IMG/VR virus record: IMGVR_UViG_3300032315_000384
Location: 1 to 48,757 of that record
Strand: one strand, 5' to 3'
From: a virus
Lineage: Duplodnaviria; Caudoviricetes
Length of the DNA stretch: 48,757 nt
Shown: one piece after another, positions 33,801-42,591 of the stretch
Layout of the letters: every line of letters starts with the position of its first letter
Position numbering within the stretch: position 1 is the first letter of the stretch
Program-made: the position numbers and the translations under genes
Notes under the pieces: generated by a model
Told to the model about the DNA's origin: nothing
Seen by the model: only the letters and a program-made list of their open reading frames with translations
Databases searched by the model: none

Positions 33801-36800
33801 TGGGTCGGTTGTATTTCTCTAGCAGTTTTTTGTCATCCTCAATGTTCTCAAGAACATCAAATTGAACGCCTGCGCTACCAACCAAATCAATCAGCATTTC
33901 TTTGGAGATACGTTCTTTGCTGCCGTTCATGACATCTTTGAACATCTTCTGAACAACATAGCGGTTGTCAAAGCCAAAGACATTCTTCAGGCCCTCCCAC
34001 AACCTAGCAATAGCTCGCTTGAACTTGCCCCATGCATTGCCCAGCTCAGCAGCCATTAGGTTCTCAGCATTGACTGCCCAGAACTCCGATGGGTTGATGA
34101 ACTGATACATGTCATAGCTTGGCAAGAGATCACGCGCCTTGCTGTCATTTGCTTCAGTTGGCCTATCAATAAAGTCCATGACAGCATGGAAATACTTCTG
34201 GTGCTTCTCGTCTGGGTTTTTCTTGATGGCCGCTTGCAATCCCTTGAGCCAGGCTTGTGCAACCACCGCTCGTTGCTCGGTAGTCATCATCTGCTCTAAG
34301 CTATGGGTAAGCTCGTGCCGGATAGTGACGGGGTCAGTAACGCCGCTGGTGCCCTTGAATAGGCGAACAACTCGGGTGAACGGCAAGAACTGGCCAGCTG
34401 CTCTGCCGCGCCTACTTCCCGTTGGTGCTCTAACGCTGAGCAGTAAACCACCCAACAGCTCTGGCATTTTGTCGTAGGCCGTCTTAATGACGTTAAACAC
34501 ATCTTCAGAAATGTTGCCCTTGTCAAACTCAATTGCAGCCTTGGCTAAGAATTGTTCAGCACTGTCAAGGCGAGGCTTGGTTGCCTTGATCATGGCGCTC
34601 AAGTCACGCGCCTGTTGCACCAAACGTGTGGTGGCTGCCTGCATGCTCAAGTCAACCTTACCTGCCGCCACTTGTTTAGGTACACGTGCCAGCGCTGCTC
34701 GCATAGATGCGTATTCTTTGATCTGTTCTTTGCGCAACTCATTCCGCTCAAACAAGCGGTCTTCTTCAGCAAGAGACTGTTCTTGAGTTAGGTTCTCAAG
34801 AATATTGGCGCTTTCACCAAATGTGCCGCGATTTCCTATTGCAGATTTGACTTGATTTGAATTAAAAACCGCTAAATTCTTTTCCCCAAACTCTTCAACA
34901 TACAAACCATCGAAGCCCATGTCTTTAATTACATCGACATTTTCTTCAATTATTTTGAACTGTCCTTCAGACAATAGTCGTTTGGCGGCTGACCTAGAAA
35001 CGGAAGCAAAGTTGCCTTTGATTTTTTCAAACAACTCGTTTACATGGTCTGGATTTTCGTAATCAAATGGATTTTTGGCCTTGATGTAAACAGGCATGAC
35101 GTTTGCCCCCGGCTCAATGCCGGGTTTGTCAGGGCTATAAAGCATATCGTTGGCGGCAAACTTATTAGCCACCATTGAGTTTGGAGAAGAAAATATTAGC
35201 CCAGGCTTAAACTCACTGAAGTCTTTGCGAGTTCCGTGGTACATGACTTTGGGAGAGCCATCTTCGTTTACAACTTTGCTGTTGCTAAACCAGCGTTTAA
35301 ACTCAGGAGTGTTTGTCTGGCGCTTGCTAGGTTGCTCAACATTAAACAAGAAATCACTAGGCTTCTTGCGGCGCTCCCCAGCCGTCAGACCAGCAGCCTC
35401 TCTCGCTTTGGCGCTAGGCAACTGACCAGTCTTCTTGATCTCTACTGTTGGCGTTTTAAAGGTGGTGCGATTCAACTCATCACCAACATTCTCCTTGCCA
35501 GCCAACATGGCCGCCAAGTTAGCAGGATCATCCGGCACCACAAACAAAGATGCCCCATCCATTTGCTGGAGGTGGTTGTTGATCAAGAAACTGTAGGTGG
35601 GTTTATCCACGTTGATGCAGCCAAATGAATAGCGCGAGTCAGCAGCATCAGGGGTCAGCAAGGCTTTCGCTCTGGCTTGGGCATCTGATTCATTCAGCCA
35701 AACCGAATGCATCAGTGTGACGCTGTACTCGCCACCAATGGCTTTATCCAGCACAAACACTTTCTTGAAGTCGTATTCACCAGCAGTGCGAGCCTCACCA
35801 GCGCTGCGTGTTGCATCCCTCAGACCCAGCGTGAACAAGCCGGCAGGCGTGATACGGTTCTGCGGTAGATCTGTGTTGCCTTTGTAAAAGTCGCCAATGG
35901 TCGAGCCGTAAAGAACTTTCCTATCAAGTAACAAAGAGCCATCAGGCTTGAACACAAACACCCGAGCCGCCGGCTTATCCGCAATCACCATCAGCTTGTC
36001 GTTCTTAATCAAGCGATCTTTGATGCTGGGATATAAAACCTTGTAAGCCTGTCTTGCACTGGGCGACATGCGTGGGAGCACATCTTCAGGCACTTCGGCC
36101 AACACCTGTTTGTCTTCCCGATATGTTTGACTTGGATGGAATAAAAACTCAGGAGAAGAAATGTTGACGGGGTTAAAGATCATTGCAGCCGACAACACGC
36201 CAGCATGCAACTTGCGAATGATCTCCCGAATGGCCTTGGCTACAGCCTCAGCACCCTCATTGGCAAACCGAACAATATCGTCCTTAACCATCTGGACGAA
36301 ATCATCTGTGCCTCGCTTGACACCGTAATGCTTCTCTAACTTCTGAACATCAGGGGCTGATAGGCGCTTGACGTTCTCATCGATGACCCTGGCTTCCACA
36401 TCAATCGTGAAAGGTTCCTGAGTAATGACCGGCACGGTTGGCTGCATAGCCCGCAGGTACTCACCCAGTTGCTGGCGCTGCACTCCAATGCCGCCCGATG
36501 TTGCATTGATAGATGCTTCAGGACTGATCAAGCCAAACGACTGTAACTCTGCAACAGCCGCCCGCATGACGCGCTGATACTCTTTGCCGCCCACAATCAT
36601 CACATCAGTGATACCACTTGGGATCTTGATGTTCGCTATGTACTTCGGCAGGTTGGCGAGCATGGTGTCCGCTCTAGCCGTAGACATCACTTCGTCGTAA
36701 GGAGCAATCTCTTGATTGGTATTGATGAAGCCGTGCTTGGCAGACAAGATCACCACCAGCGGGAAAGCGCCTGGCTGGACGTTGGATTTGTATGTTTGGA

Positions 36801-39800
36801 AGAACACGCCCTTGTAAAGCTCCATAGCCGTAGCTTTGGCTGGGCCTTTCATGTCGCTGCATGGCATCAAAAGCAAACGCTGATTGGATGGCAAGTTATC
36901 TGGCGCTTGCTCATCATTCACAATGTCTTCGCCCTGCGCTTCATTGGCCTCGATGGCAAACTCTCGGGGATCAATGCCCGCATCACGCAGCGCATCTTTA
37001 ATATCTTCAATCTCGTTATCAATGAAAGATGTGTCGCCAATCATGACGCTCTTTCGTTGTTGCAGCTTGACCAGCTCGTTTTGCATGTCAGTCAGTTCTG
37101 TCTCTGAAAACACGGGAGCTTTTTCAACGGCAGCGGGACGTGCTTGTTTGGGCTTGCCTTGCAGCTCTTTCAAGCGATCAATCAGTACAGACATCTCCTT
37201 GTCAATCTCTGCTTCTCTGACTTCATCTTCTACTGGTAGCTTGATTTGCTCCAGAGCCAAGCGCTTGATACCGGCATTGATCTTCCTGATCTCTGCTTCA
37301 CGCTCGCCGGTGGTGAGTTCCGCTGCGGCCTTGGCTTTAGGCTTGGCCTCTTCTCTGGCCGGTACTTTGTCTGCCTCTAAGAAACTAATACCCTTGCCTT
37401 GCTCCAAAGCCGCATCAAGCTCTTCTTGCGTATCGATCCTCTCTAGACCCTGAACATCCGTAAGCCTAGATCGCGCCATCACCCCGCCACCTCTTGATGT
37501 ATAGACGGGATAACCGGCATATGCAACAAAGCCTTTATTCTTGAACGCCCTTTGAAGCTCTTGGGCATCATCGTCAAAGTATATGTCTTCGTCAGCCAGC
37601 ATCAATTCTTTGACCTGCTGCATCTCTTTGGAAATCGAAACTTTCTGTCCCGGCTCTCTCACCAAAACTTTGTCGCTACCAGGTGTTGCTTGCATAAACC
37701 CAAAGCGCTTGTAAAAATCCACAAGCTTCGGAGTTTTTGGGCCAGCCTGCTCCAAGCTTGCAGGCTCTAAGTACATTGTTGCACCAGCTGCGTCTGCTGC
37801 TTTCATTACGTCTGACAAAACGGAGGTGGCCATACCCCGACCTCTAGCGTCGGCATCAACACCTAAAAACTGCAAAACAATATCTGTTGGCTCTGACATG
37901 CCTACATTAACTCGCCCGCGCTCATCTTCAAACAACAGTTCGTTAGAGCTAAACGCAACGCGCGCATCGTATTTTTCATACGTAGGAAACTCCTTGCCCG
38001 CCTTGTCACGATAGGCCTTTGAGGAGCCACGTCTTAATCGCTCAAAGCCAAGCCTGGGCAATGCGTCTTTAAAGAAATTGGCGCGCCCTTCTTTAGCTGC
38101 GACTTCTTTCTTCTTGGCGGGCTGCTCCTCTGCTGGCTCGGCCAGACCCTGCTCTTTCTTAAACGCCTTGTCAAACTCCGCCATAGCGGTGTCGTAAACT
38201 TTTCTTCCCGCCAAGAAATCTTCATCGCCAATCTCTTGACTGCGGTAAGCCTCTTGCACTTTTCTAAACTGCGCACTAGCACGGTTGGCTAATTCACTCG
38301 CAGCTTGATATTCAGCAGACGGCGCGGCCTCACCCGCAAACATGTCCATCGTTGGTGCTTCTTCACGCTCAGCCACCTGAGGTTGCAACTGAAAGAAATC
38401 TCTTTCCCGATCTGCTATGTCTTTTGCTTCTTGCGCTTGACGGGCTGCATCTTGAGTGGCCTCTCTGGCTCGTATCTCTGCTTCCGTCTCACCACGCAAT
38501 TCCAGCTGGGGCGCTTCTACCCCACGGGCAGCACGGATCTCAGCCACCAGTTCAGGACTGGTTGACCAGTTCTCAAGCGCAGCTTTCTGAGCTCTAAGCT
38601 CTTCGATGCGACGCTTGATTGCTTCAGGGTCACGAACATCGATGCCTTCCGCCTTGGCCATCGCTGGATTCTTGGCCGCACCAGTGATAGCAGAGAGCCG
38701 GGACGCAATAGAATTCTGCATCTTGGCGGCAATCTTGGCCATCTCCTGCGCTTCTTTGATCAGGCTATCATCAAAGCCAAACATGTCGGTGGTTGTGTCT
38801 CGCTCCGCAGCCATAGCCTTAACGGCTTGCATAGTGTTCGTTGCAGCCTGCATAGACTTACCGTCCATGATGGCTTGCAATCCCACGTTCTGAAGTCTTG
38901 CGTCATTCGGTGCGTTTATGGCGATGTTGTACGCCGCTTCGTCGCCGATCCTATCGCCACGAATTGCGGCAATGAGTTCCTCTTCTCCCTGAGTTGCGAT
39001 TCCGTAAGCCCGCTTGCCCAACGCTCTCGCCAGTAATCCCTTACCGACTGCTTCTTCTCGGCTGATTTTTGAGCCTTTGAAATAATCGACATAATCTTTT
39101 ACCTTTCCTTGGCCGTCTCTAATGTTTAATTCAGAATCTAAGGTGGTGGCTTTGTCTAGGTCAAAACCTTCCGACTCATAATGAATCTGTGCGGGGATCG
39201 TGGTTTCGCCACTGCGACCTGCTAGATCAAAACGATGCCTACCTGAGATAACTTCAAGCTTTCCATCCAATCGTTTCCACAACTGGACTGGGGCCACCCC
39301 CGTACGCTCAAACTTGCCCGCCAAAGGCTCAACAACGCCCTTCTCATTTGCCCCTACTTTAAATTGCGGCAAGTCTTTTGATAGTTGAATATCTTTTAGT
39401 GGAACCTCAACAGTGGGCAAGCCGGCCAAAGCCTGCTGTTCTGGGGCGGGCTCAAACAACTTTGGTGTTTTGGCGGGTGGCACTGTTGGCGTTTCTGGCA
39501 ACGAGGCCGCAGCAAGGGTTGGCTTAACAGGCGCAACAGGCACTTCTGGCAAGGGAGTAGGTGTTACTACGGAGGGTGGTGTAACAGGCGCTACTTCAGG
39601 CTCGGTCACTGTAACAGGTGTTATAGTGAGATTTTCCGGCTGAGCCAGATCGGCCTCTGTCATCATGCCCGGAACGGCTTCTACCTTTGATGGCGTAATT
39701 GCCGGGGGTGGTACAGCGGCTGGCGCTGGAGCCGGAGCGCCATCAAATTGCGGCTCTACTCGACCACCGAGATCGGGGGGCGGGGTGATTGGGACTTCCG

Positions 39801-41097
39801 TGAAGCTAGGCTCTACCCGACCCCTAGGTTCTGGAGTCGCAGGAGCTGGAGCTTTCCTGAAGCTGGGTTCTTGGCGTGGCGCAGTAACAGGAGCGGGCGG
39901 TCTTTGTAAGGCGGCCACACCCACATTCACAGCAGTACCTGCTGGCGCACCAGCGGCTTCAGCGGCGGCGGCATTGATTACGTCTTGAATGTTTTCACGT
40001 GTAACCGGCAGGCCTTGCTCTTGAAGATATTTCTTTGCAGCAATTTGTGTGGTTTCTTGCAGAGCGCCCGTGACGGCTTCACCGCGAATATCTTTGGGTA
40101 GCTCCTTGACGGCTTCCTTAATGTTGGCAACTCTACCAACAGATTTACTTAGTCCAGCCTTGGCTGCTTTGGCGGCGGGGCCAAGAATTAAGTCAAACGA
40201 GCCGGACACCAGACCTGTAATTAAGCTGGCATCGCCCGTATCGGCAATGTATTTCGCAATAGCTTCGCCCTGCTGATCAGGAGGCAGGCTCTTTGTCTGG
40301 TCTTGAATAAACTTCAGGCGGTTACCCACCGCTTCAGACACACCCATGGTTGAGCTGGCGGCCATCAGACCGGGTCGTTTCGTCACTACGGCGGCAAGCA
40401 TGATGGGAGCCATCTGCACAGCGCCCGACCCCATGTTGTAGCCTAGCCAGTTGGTGAAATCAGCAACGACTGCGGGGTCAGTCCAGTTAATGTCGGTGAA
40501 CTTTTCAACTCGAGGACCGTACTTTTCCTTGTTTTCCTTTGCGTATTTATTGAGCATGTCAAGGTGAGTACGGGTATCCGTAGCCATTGCTTGGAACTCT
40601 TTTTCCGTAGTTCCGCGCATCTTGGCCGTAACATCGGGCGCATTGCGGTTGCCGTAGTAACTATTGACCAAGCTAAGATTTTGGCCTTCTTTGCGCATTT
40701 CTTCGTAGACGGGATCTTTCTTCAGCGCATCGAGTGAGGGGTAGACACCACTGTCAATCTTGCCCATGAGCTCAAGACTTTTCTTGCGGGACACCATTGC
40801 ACTGGCGGAGCCCTGCAACGCAAGTTGTCGACCCATAGAGGGCAGAGCGTACTCAACAGCACCCTTGACGCCTTTGACGAATTCATCCCCAAAAGAGAAT
40901 GCTTTTTTCGGGGCGACTGGCGACGGCTCTGTATTGGGAGCGCCAATTGATCCCATCATCAACTCTTCAGGGGAGAGGATGGGCTCCGATTGGATTGGCT
41001 TTAACTTCTTTAAAGGCTCATCTAGTTGGCCTGTAAACGGCACAAACCCAGCGCCGGTTGGCTCATCTAGTTGTCCCTTGAATTCTTGGAATGCCAT
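30886..41097 (-). CDS. Giant polyvalent (putative ejected/internal virion) protein, 3403 aa
   Basis: Motifs for ParB (ISGRHR), GNAT (RGRGMA), DUF6884-like, L,D-transpeptidase-like (SFGCINV), ART (YHGT), zincin (HELTH) and an LPD38-like C-terminus; last gene of the internal-protein cluster. Confidence 0.8.
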   Translation of the reverse strand: MAFQEFKGQLDEPTGAGFVPFTGQLDEPLKKLKPIQSEPILSPEELMMGSIGAPNTEPSPVAPKKAFSFGDEFVKGVKGAVEYALPSMGRQLALQGSASAMVSRKKSLELMGKIDSGVYPSLDALKKDPVYEEMRKEGQNLSLVNSYYGNRNAPDVTAKMRGTTEKEFQAMATDTRTHLDMLNKYAKENKEKYGPRVEKFTDINWTDPAVVADFTNWLGYNMGSGAVQMAPIMLAAVVTKRPGLMAASSTMGVSEAVGNRLKFIQDQTKSLPPDQQGEAIAKYIADTGDASLITGLVSGSFDLILGPAAKAAKAGLSKSVGRVANIKEAVKELPKDIRGEAVTGALQETTQIAAKKYLQEQGLPVTRENIQDVINAAAAEAAGAPAGTAVNVGVAALQRPPAPVTAPRQEPSFRKAPAPATPEPRGRVEPSFTEVPITPPPDLGGRVEPQFDGAPAPAPAAVPPPAITPSKVEAVPGMMTEADLAQPENLTITPVTVTEPEVAPVTPPSVVTPTPLPEVPVAPVKPTLAAASLPETPTVPPAKTPKLFEPAPEQQALAGLPTVEVPLKDIQLSKDLPQFKVGANEKGVVEPLAGKFERTGVAPVQLWKRLDGKLEVISGRHRFDLAGRSGETTIPAQIHYESEGFDLDKATTLDSELNIRDGQGKVKDYVDYFKGSKISREEAVGKGLLARALGKRAYGIATQGEEELIAAIRGDRIGDEAAYNIAINAPNDARLQNVGLQAIMDGKSMQAATNTMQAVKAMAAERDTTTDMFGFDDSLIKEAQEMAKIAAKMQNSIASRLSAITGAAKNPAMAKAEGIDVRDPEAIKRRIEELRAQKAALENWSTSPELVAEIRAARGVEAPQLELRGETEAEIRAREATQDAARQAQEAKDIADRERDFFQLQPQVAEREEAPTMDMFAGEAAPSAEYQAASELANRASAQFRKVQEAYRSQEIGDEDFLAGRKVYDTAMAEFDKAFKKEQGLAEPAEEQPAKKKEVAAKEGRANFFKDALPRLGFERLRRGSSKAYRDKAGKEFPTYEKYDARVAFSSNELLFEDERGRVNVGMSEPTDIVLQFLGVDADARGRGMATSVLSDVMKAADAAGATMYLEPASLEQAGPKTPKLVDFYKRFGFMQATPGSDKVLVREPGQKVSISKEMQQVKELMLADEDIYFDDDAQELQRAFKNKGFVAYAGYPVYTSRGGGVMARSRLTDVQGLERIDTQEELDAALEQGKGISFLEADKVPAREEAKPKAKAAAELTTGEREAEIRKINAGIKRLALEQIKLPVEDEVREAEIDKEMSVLIDRLKELQGKPKQARPAAVEKAPVFSETELTDMQNELVKLQQRKSVMIGDTSFIDNEIEDIKDALRDAGIDPREFAIEANEAQGEDIVNDEQAPDNLPSNQRLLLMPCSDMKGPAKATAMELYKGVFFQTYKSNVQPGAFPLVVILSAKHGFINTNQEIAPYDEVMSTARADTMLANLPKYIANIKIPSGITDVMIVGGKEYQRVMRAAVAELQSFGLISPEASINATSGGIGVQRQQLGEYLRAMQPTVPVITQEPFTIDVEARVIDENVKRLSAPDVQKLEKHYGVKRGTDDFVQMVKDDIVRFANEGAEAVAKAIREIIRKLHAGVLSAAMIFNPVNISSPEFLFHPSQTYREDKQVLAEVPEDVLPRMSPSARQAYKVLYPSIKDRLIKNDKLMVIADKPAARVFVFKPDGSLLLDRKVLYGSTIGDFYKGNTDLPQNRITPAGLFTLGLRDATRSAGEARTAGEYDFKKVFVLDKAIGGEYSVTLMHSVWLNESDAQARAKALLTPDAADSRYSFGCINVDKPTYSFLINNHLQQMDGASLFVVPDDPANLAAMLAGKENVGDELNRTTFKTPTVEIKKTGQLPSAKAREAAGLTAGERRKKPSDFLFNVEQPSKRQTNTPEFKRWFSNSKVVNEDGSPKVMYHGTRKDFSEFKPGLIFSSPNSMVANKFAANDMLYSPDKPGIEPGANVMPVYIKAKNPFDYENPDHVNELFEKIKGNFASVSRSAAKRLLSEGQFKIIEENVDVIKDMGFDGLYVEEFGEKNLAVFNSNQVKSAIGNRGTFGESANILENLTQEQSLAEEDRLFERNELRKEQIKEYASMRAALARVPKQVAAGKVDLSMQAATTRLVQQARDLSAMIKATKPRLDSAEQFLAKAAIEFDKGNISEDVFNVIKTAYDKMPELLGGLLLSVRAPTGSRRGRAAGQFLPFTRVVRLFKGTSGVTDPVTIRHELTHSLEQMMTTEQRAVVAQAWLKGLQAAIKKNPDEKHQKYFHAVMDFIDRPTEANDSKARDLLPSYDMYQFINPSEFWAVNAENLMAAELGNAWGKFKRAIARLWEGLKNVFGFDNRYVVQKMFKDVMNGSKERISKEMLIDLVGSAGVQFDVLENIEDDKKLLEKYNRPNTPQLDQSPLKTQAVNAGKLSKDFFTYAVSDPLEALGTAANSVDRLILNARNKNVWFGSGLNAADFSRYNGDLLTSQGLATASVALDNAIRGGQIATEVIFQGGIKFDQKSRNFVAVKRDKGMRGVYEAEGALKKRLGNQLGTDIIQGYLEAKRSRSIQNEYFDREVEYEFFKSNYEELLASGAPQEDIMAARDAMAEAKKDLQAIEVVYKKIRMSDEEIDDFIARDAVHPELRKIMDNWTAINQNMLALWRQVGLMSEKRYESLSNIKDYVPWQRIMNDATDIHSPVQASNRKMTNIGLEKLFKKGKPTVITDFVAKDGQQDFKIQPAVEVEVEINGSPVDPDKVTMTADGQVKLDVPVTAGDLVVFRASREIENIIDNMTRNVMRMTMNGLRHAAAQRIVMEYATRDKKGKIMVFPKADKARGRFDFIVNGQRVIVEIQDPLIAESIFGMESLDIAMLDTLAMAANFTRRTITLSGVFQIKQVFKDAPTAALVTGVKRPLVLIGGVYKGFVTSLLNTDPTVKILKAAGIGGFQSLARTPEAEIKRRLGIMNRNVFDFVIKGLDHIGDSSDMAQRVAVYKRVLAETGNETQALYQAANVINFLHHGSGQVAQAIVKTVPFAGAYANSMDVLIQALAGGGLKGRSRANALARLAMTGTLLAGITLLYCFLVGDDEDYNQMDDQTKLRNFMIPGTKILLPMNTSAAYFYKAVPEMIYNKVVKEGTKNAVDERRLRTALKEAAIDMLLGPTPVPSAVKPFIEIGLNKDFFTGRPVVPEALAKLEAAERYTAETSEAGKFLSSLTGTKDKRLLDPIETDHLIRGIFGTAGAMVQWFTNSIAVASGERAALTDKQQPITGSFLRADVGRRNEDLFYDFKAEVDKRYGTFAKMLEREDEAAAEAYEEKHSDILDFYKDVNKMESELKEINGEIRYYGESKDTGLTPQQRREEIKLLQLEKQELLEDIIEMRQEAGL

Positions 41098-41106
41098 GGG
41101 TCAACC

Positions 41107-42582
41107 TTAATCTGGAGTGAATCGTTTGCCGTCGGGTGTCTCGTAAACTGGTTTGCCGCCACTAGTGCCGATTTGACGCGAACCCGGCGGGAGTGCGTTA
41201 AGACGTGCGCCAGGCGCGGCTCCTTTAGGTGGAGGTGGTGGAGCTACGACTTTTTTGGGCGCAGGCGTAACGCCAAGATCGGTTAAAGCATTCTCAAACC
41301 ACTTGTCCTTGTATTCTGCTGCCAGCGTTGAGGGTTTTCCAATTGCGGCATTTTCTTCATCTTTTTTGAGCGCTTTCTTGTAAGCTTTAAATTCTGGCCC
41401 CCGGTCAGCTTGTGATCTAGTCCATGCGTTCAGGACTGCAGCTTTTGCATCTAAGATCTGCCCTGCGCTGGTTACGCCTTGACCCGCCAGTTGCACTCCT
41501 GCTTGCGTGCCTGCAATATCTCGTCTCACTACAAAACCGGGAAACTTGTCAGTAGCTTCTAACGCTAGAGCTTCTGGTGAAAGAGTGGAGCCATTCTTTA
41601 TTGCATTAGTAACATAGTTACGAATATAGTTGTCTAGGTCTGTAGGCTTATAGCCCTCCCTCTGTAATTTGGCAACTGCTATAGCATTTTCACGTTGCAG
41701 CTTTGCCTTCTCTGCTTCGGCCTCAATCTCACGCTCTTTACCGTACAAGCCAATACCACCTTTGAGCGCTTCAAGTTGCTCAGCCCGAGACATGCGGTCA
41801 AGCTCAGCACGACCTCTGAGCGCTGTTTCATCTGCAAGCCTGCGCTGTCTGTATGCCTCTTGCACTGCTGGTAATGTTTTGATACCGGCTTCGCCCAAGT
41901 TTTCCAAAGCACGTGGAGACTTTCCTGCCGCTAAGTTCAAGCCAAACTGCGCCAGAGCCAGATTCAAGTCTTGCTTCTTGGTGGCCTCGGCAGCACCAGA
42001 TCGGTTCTTTAGATACTCTTCATACTCTGTTTGACTGGCGCCTTTAGGAATGGCCTCCATGAGCTCCCGATACTGTCTAACTTGGTCTTGGATGGTAAGG
42101 GGGGCACGTTTGAGTACATCTGGCTCTTCTTGTGGCTGCTGATAATAGGAACTGGTACGTTTGAATCTTTCATCCACTAAATCGCCCGTCTGAAAGTGCT
42201 GCACCGCACCGCCATCTTCAAACGCAATAATGCCACCGCCCGCATATTCTTGTGGCAGATTGGACGGCAGGGCTTCAATACCTTGGCCTTCTTGAGCGGC
42301 TTGTTGCATTACCTGCTGGGCAATCGGAGCGCCTTGTGGTGCTTGAGGCATCCCAGCACCGGCCATAGTTTGCGCCATCTGAGTCTTAACCTCAGCCAGC
42401 CTTTGGGTCAATTCTTGAATCAGTGGGATGCCAACATACGGTTGGATTGAGCCATTCTGAACGCCATCAACAAGATTTTTCTGTATGGCTTGAATGTCTT
42501 GTGGATTAGTGGCGCGTTTAGCCATAGCCGCCATTGAAGCGGCACGGCGTGACATATCATCTTGTAGGCTATTGAGGCTCAT
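41107..42582 (-). CDS. Putative internal virion/ejection protein
   Basis: Helical, Ala/Gln-rich; YAGGGIIAFEDGG motif; gene position. Confidence 0.6.
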   Translation of the reverse strand: MSLNSLQDDMSRRAASMAAMAKRATNPQDIQAIQKNLVDGVQNGSIQPYVGIPLIQELTQRLAEVKTQMAQTMAGAGMPQAPQGAPIAQQVMQQAAQEGQGIEALPSNLPQEYAGGGIIAFEDGGAVQHFQTGDLVDERFKRTSSYYQQPQEEPDVLKRAPLTIQDQVRQYRELMEAIPKGASQTEYEEYLKNRSGAAEATKKQDLNLALAQFGLNLAAGKSPRALENLGEAGIKTLPAVQEAYRQRRLADETALRGRAELDRMSRAEQLEALKGGIGLYGKEREIEAEAEKAKLQRENAIAVAKLQREGYKPTDLDNYIRNYVTNAIKNGSTLSPEALALEATDKFPGFVVRRDIAGTQAGVQLAGQGVTSAGQILDAKAAVLNAWTRSQADRGPEFKAYKKALKKDEENAAIGKPSTLAAEYKDKWFENALTDLGVTPAPKKVVAPPPPPKGAAPGARLNALPPGSRQIGTSGGKPVYETPDGKRFTPD

Positions 42583-42591
42583 GAAGTTTCC

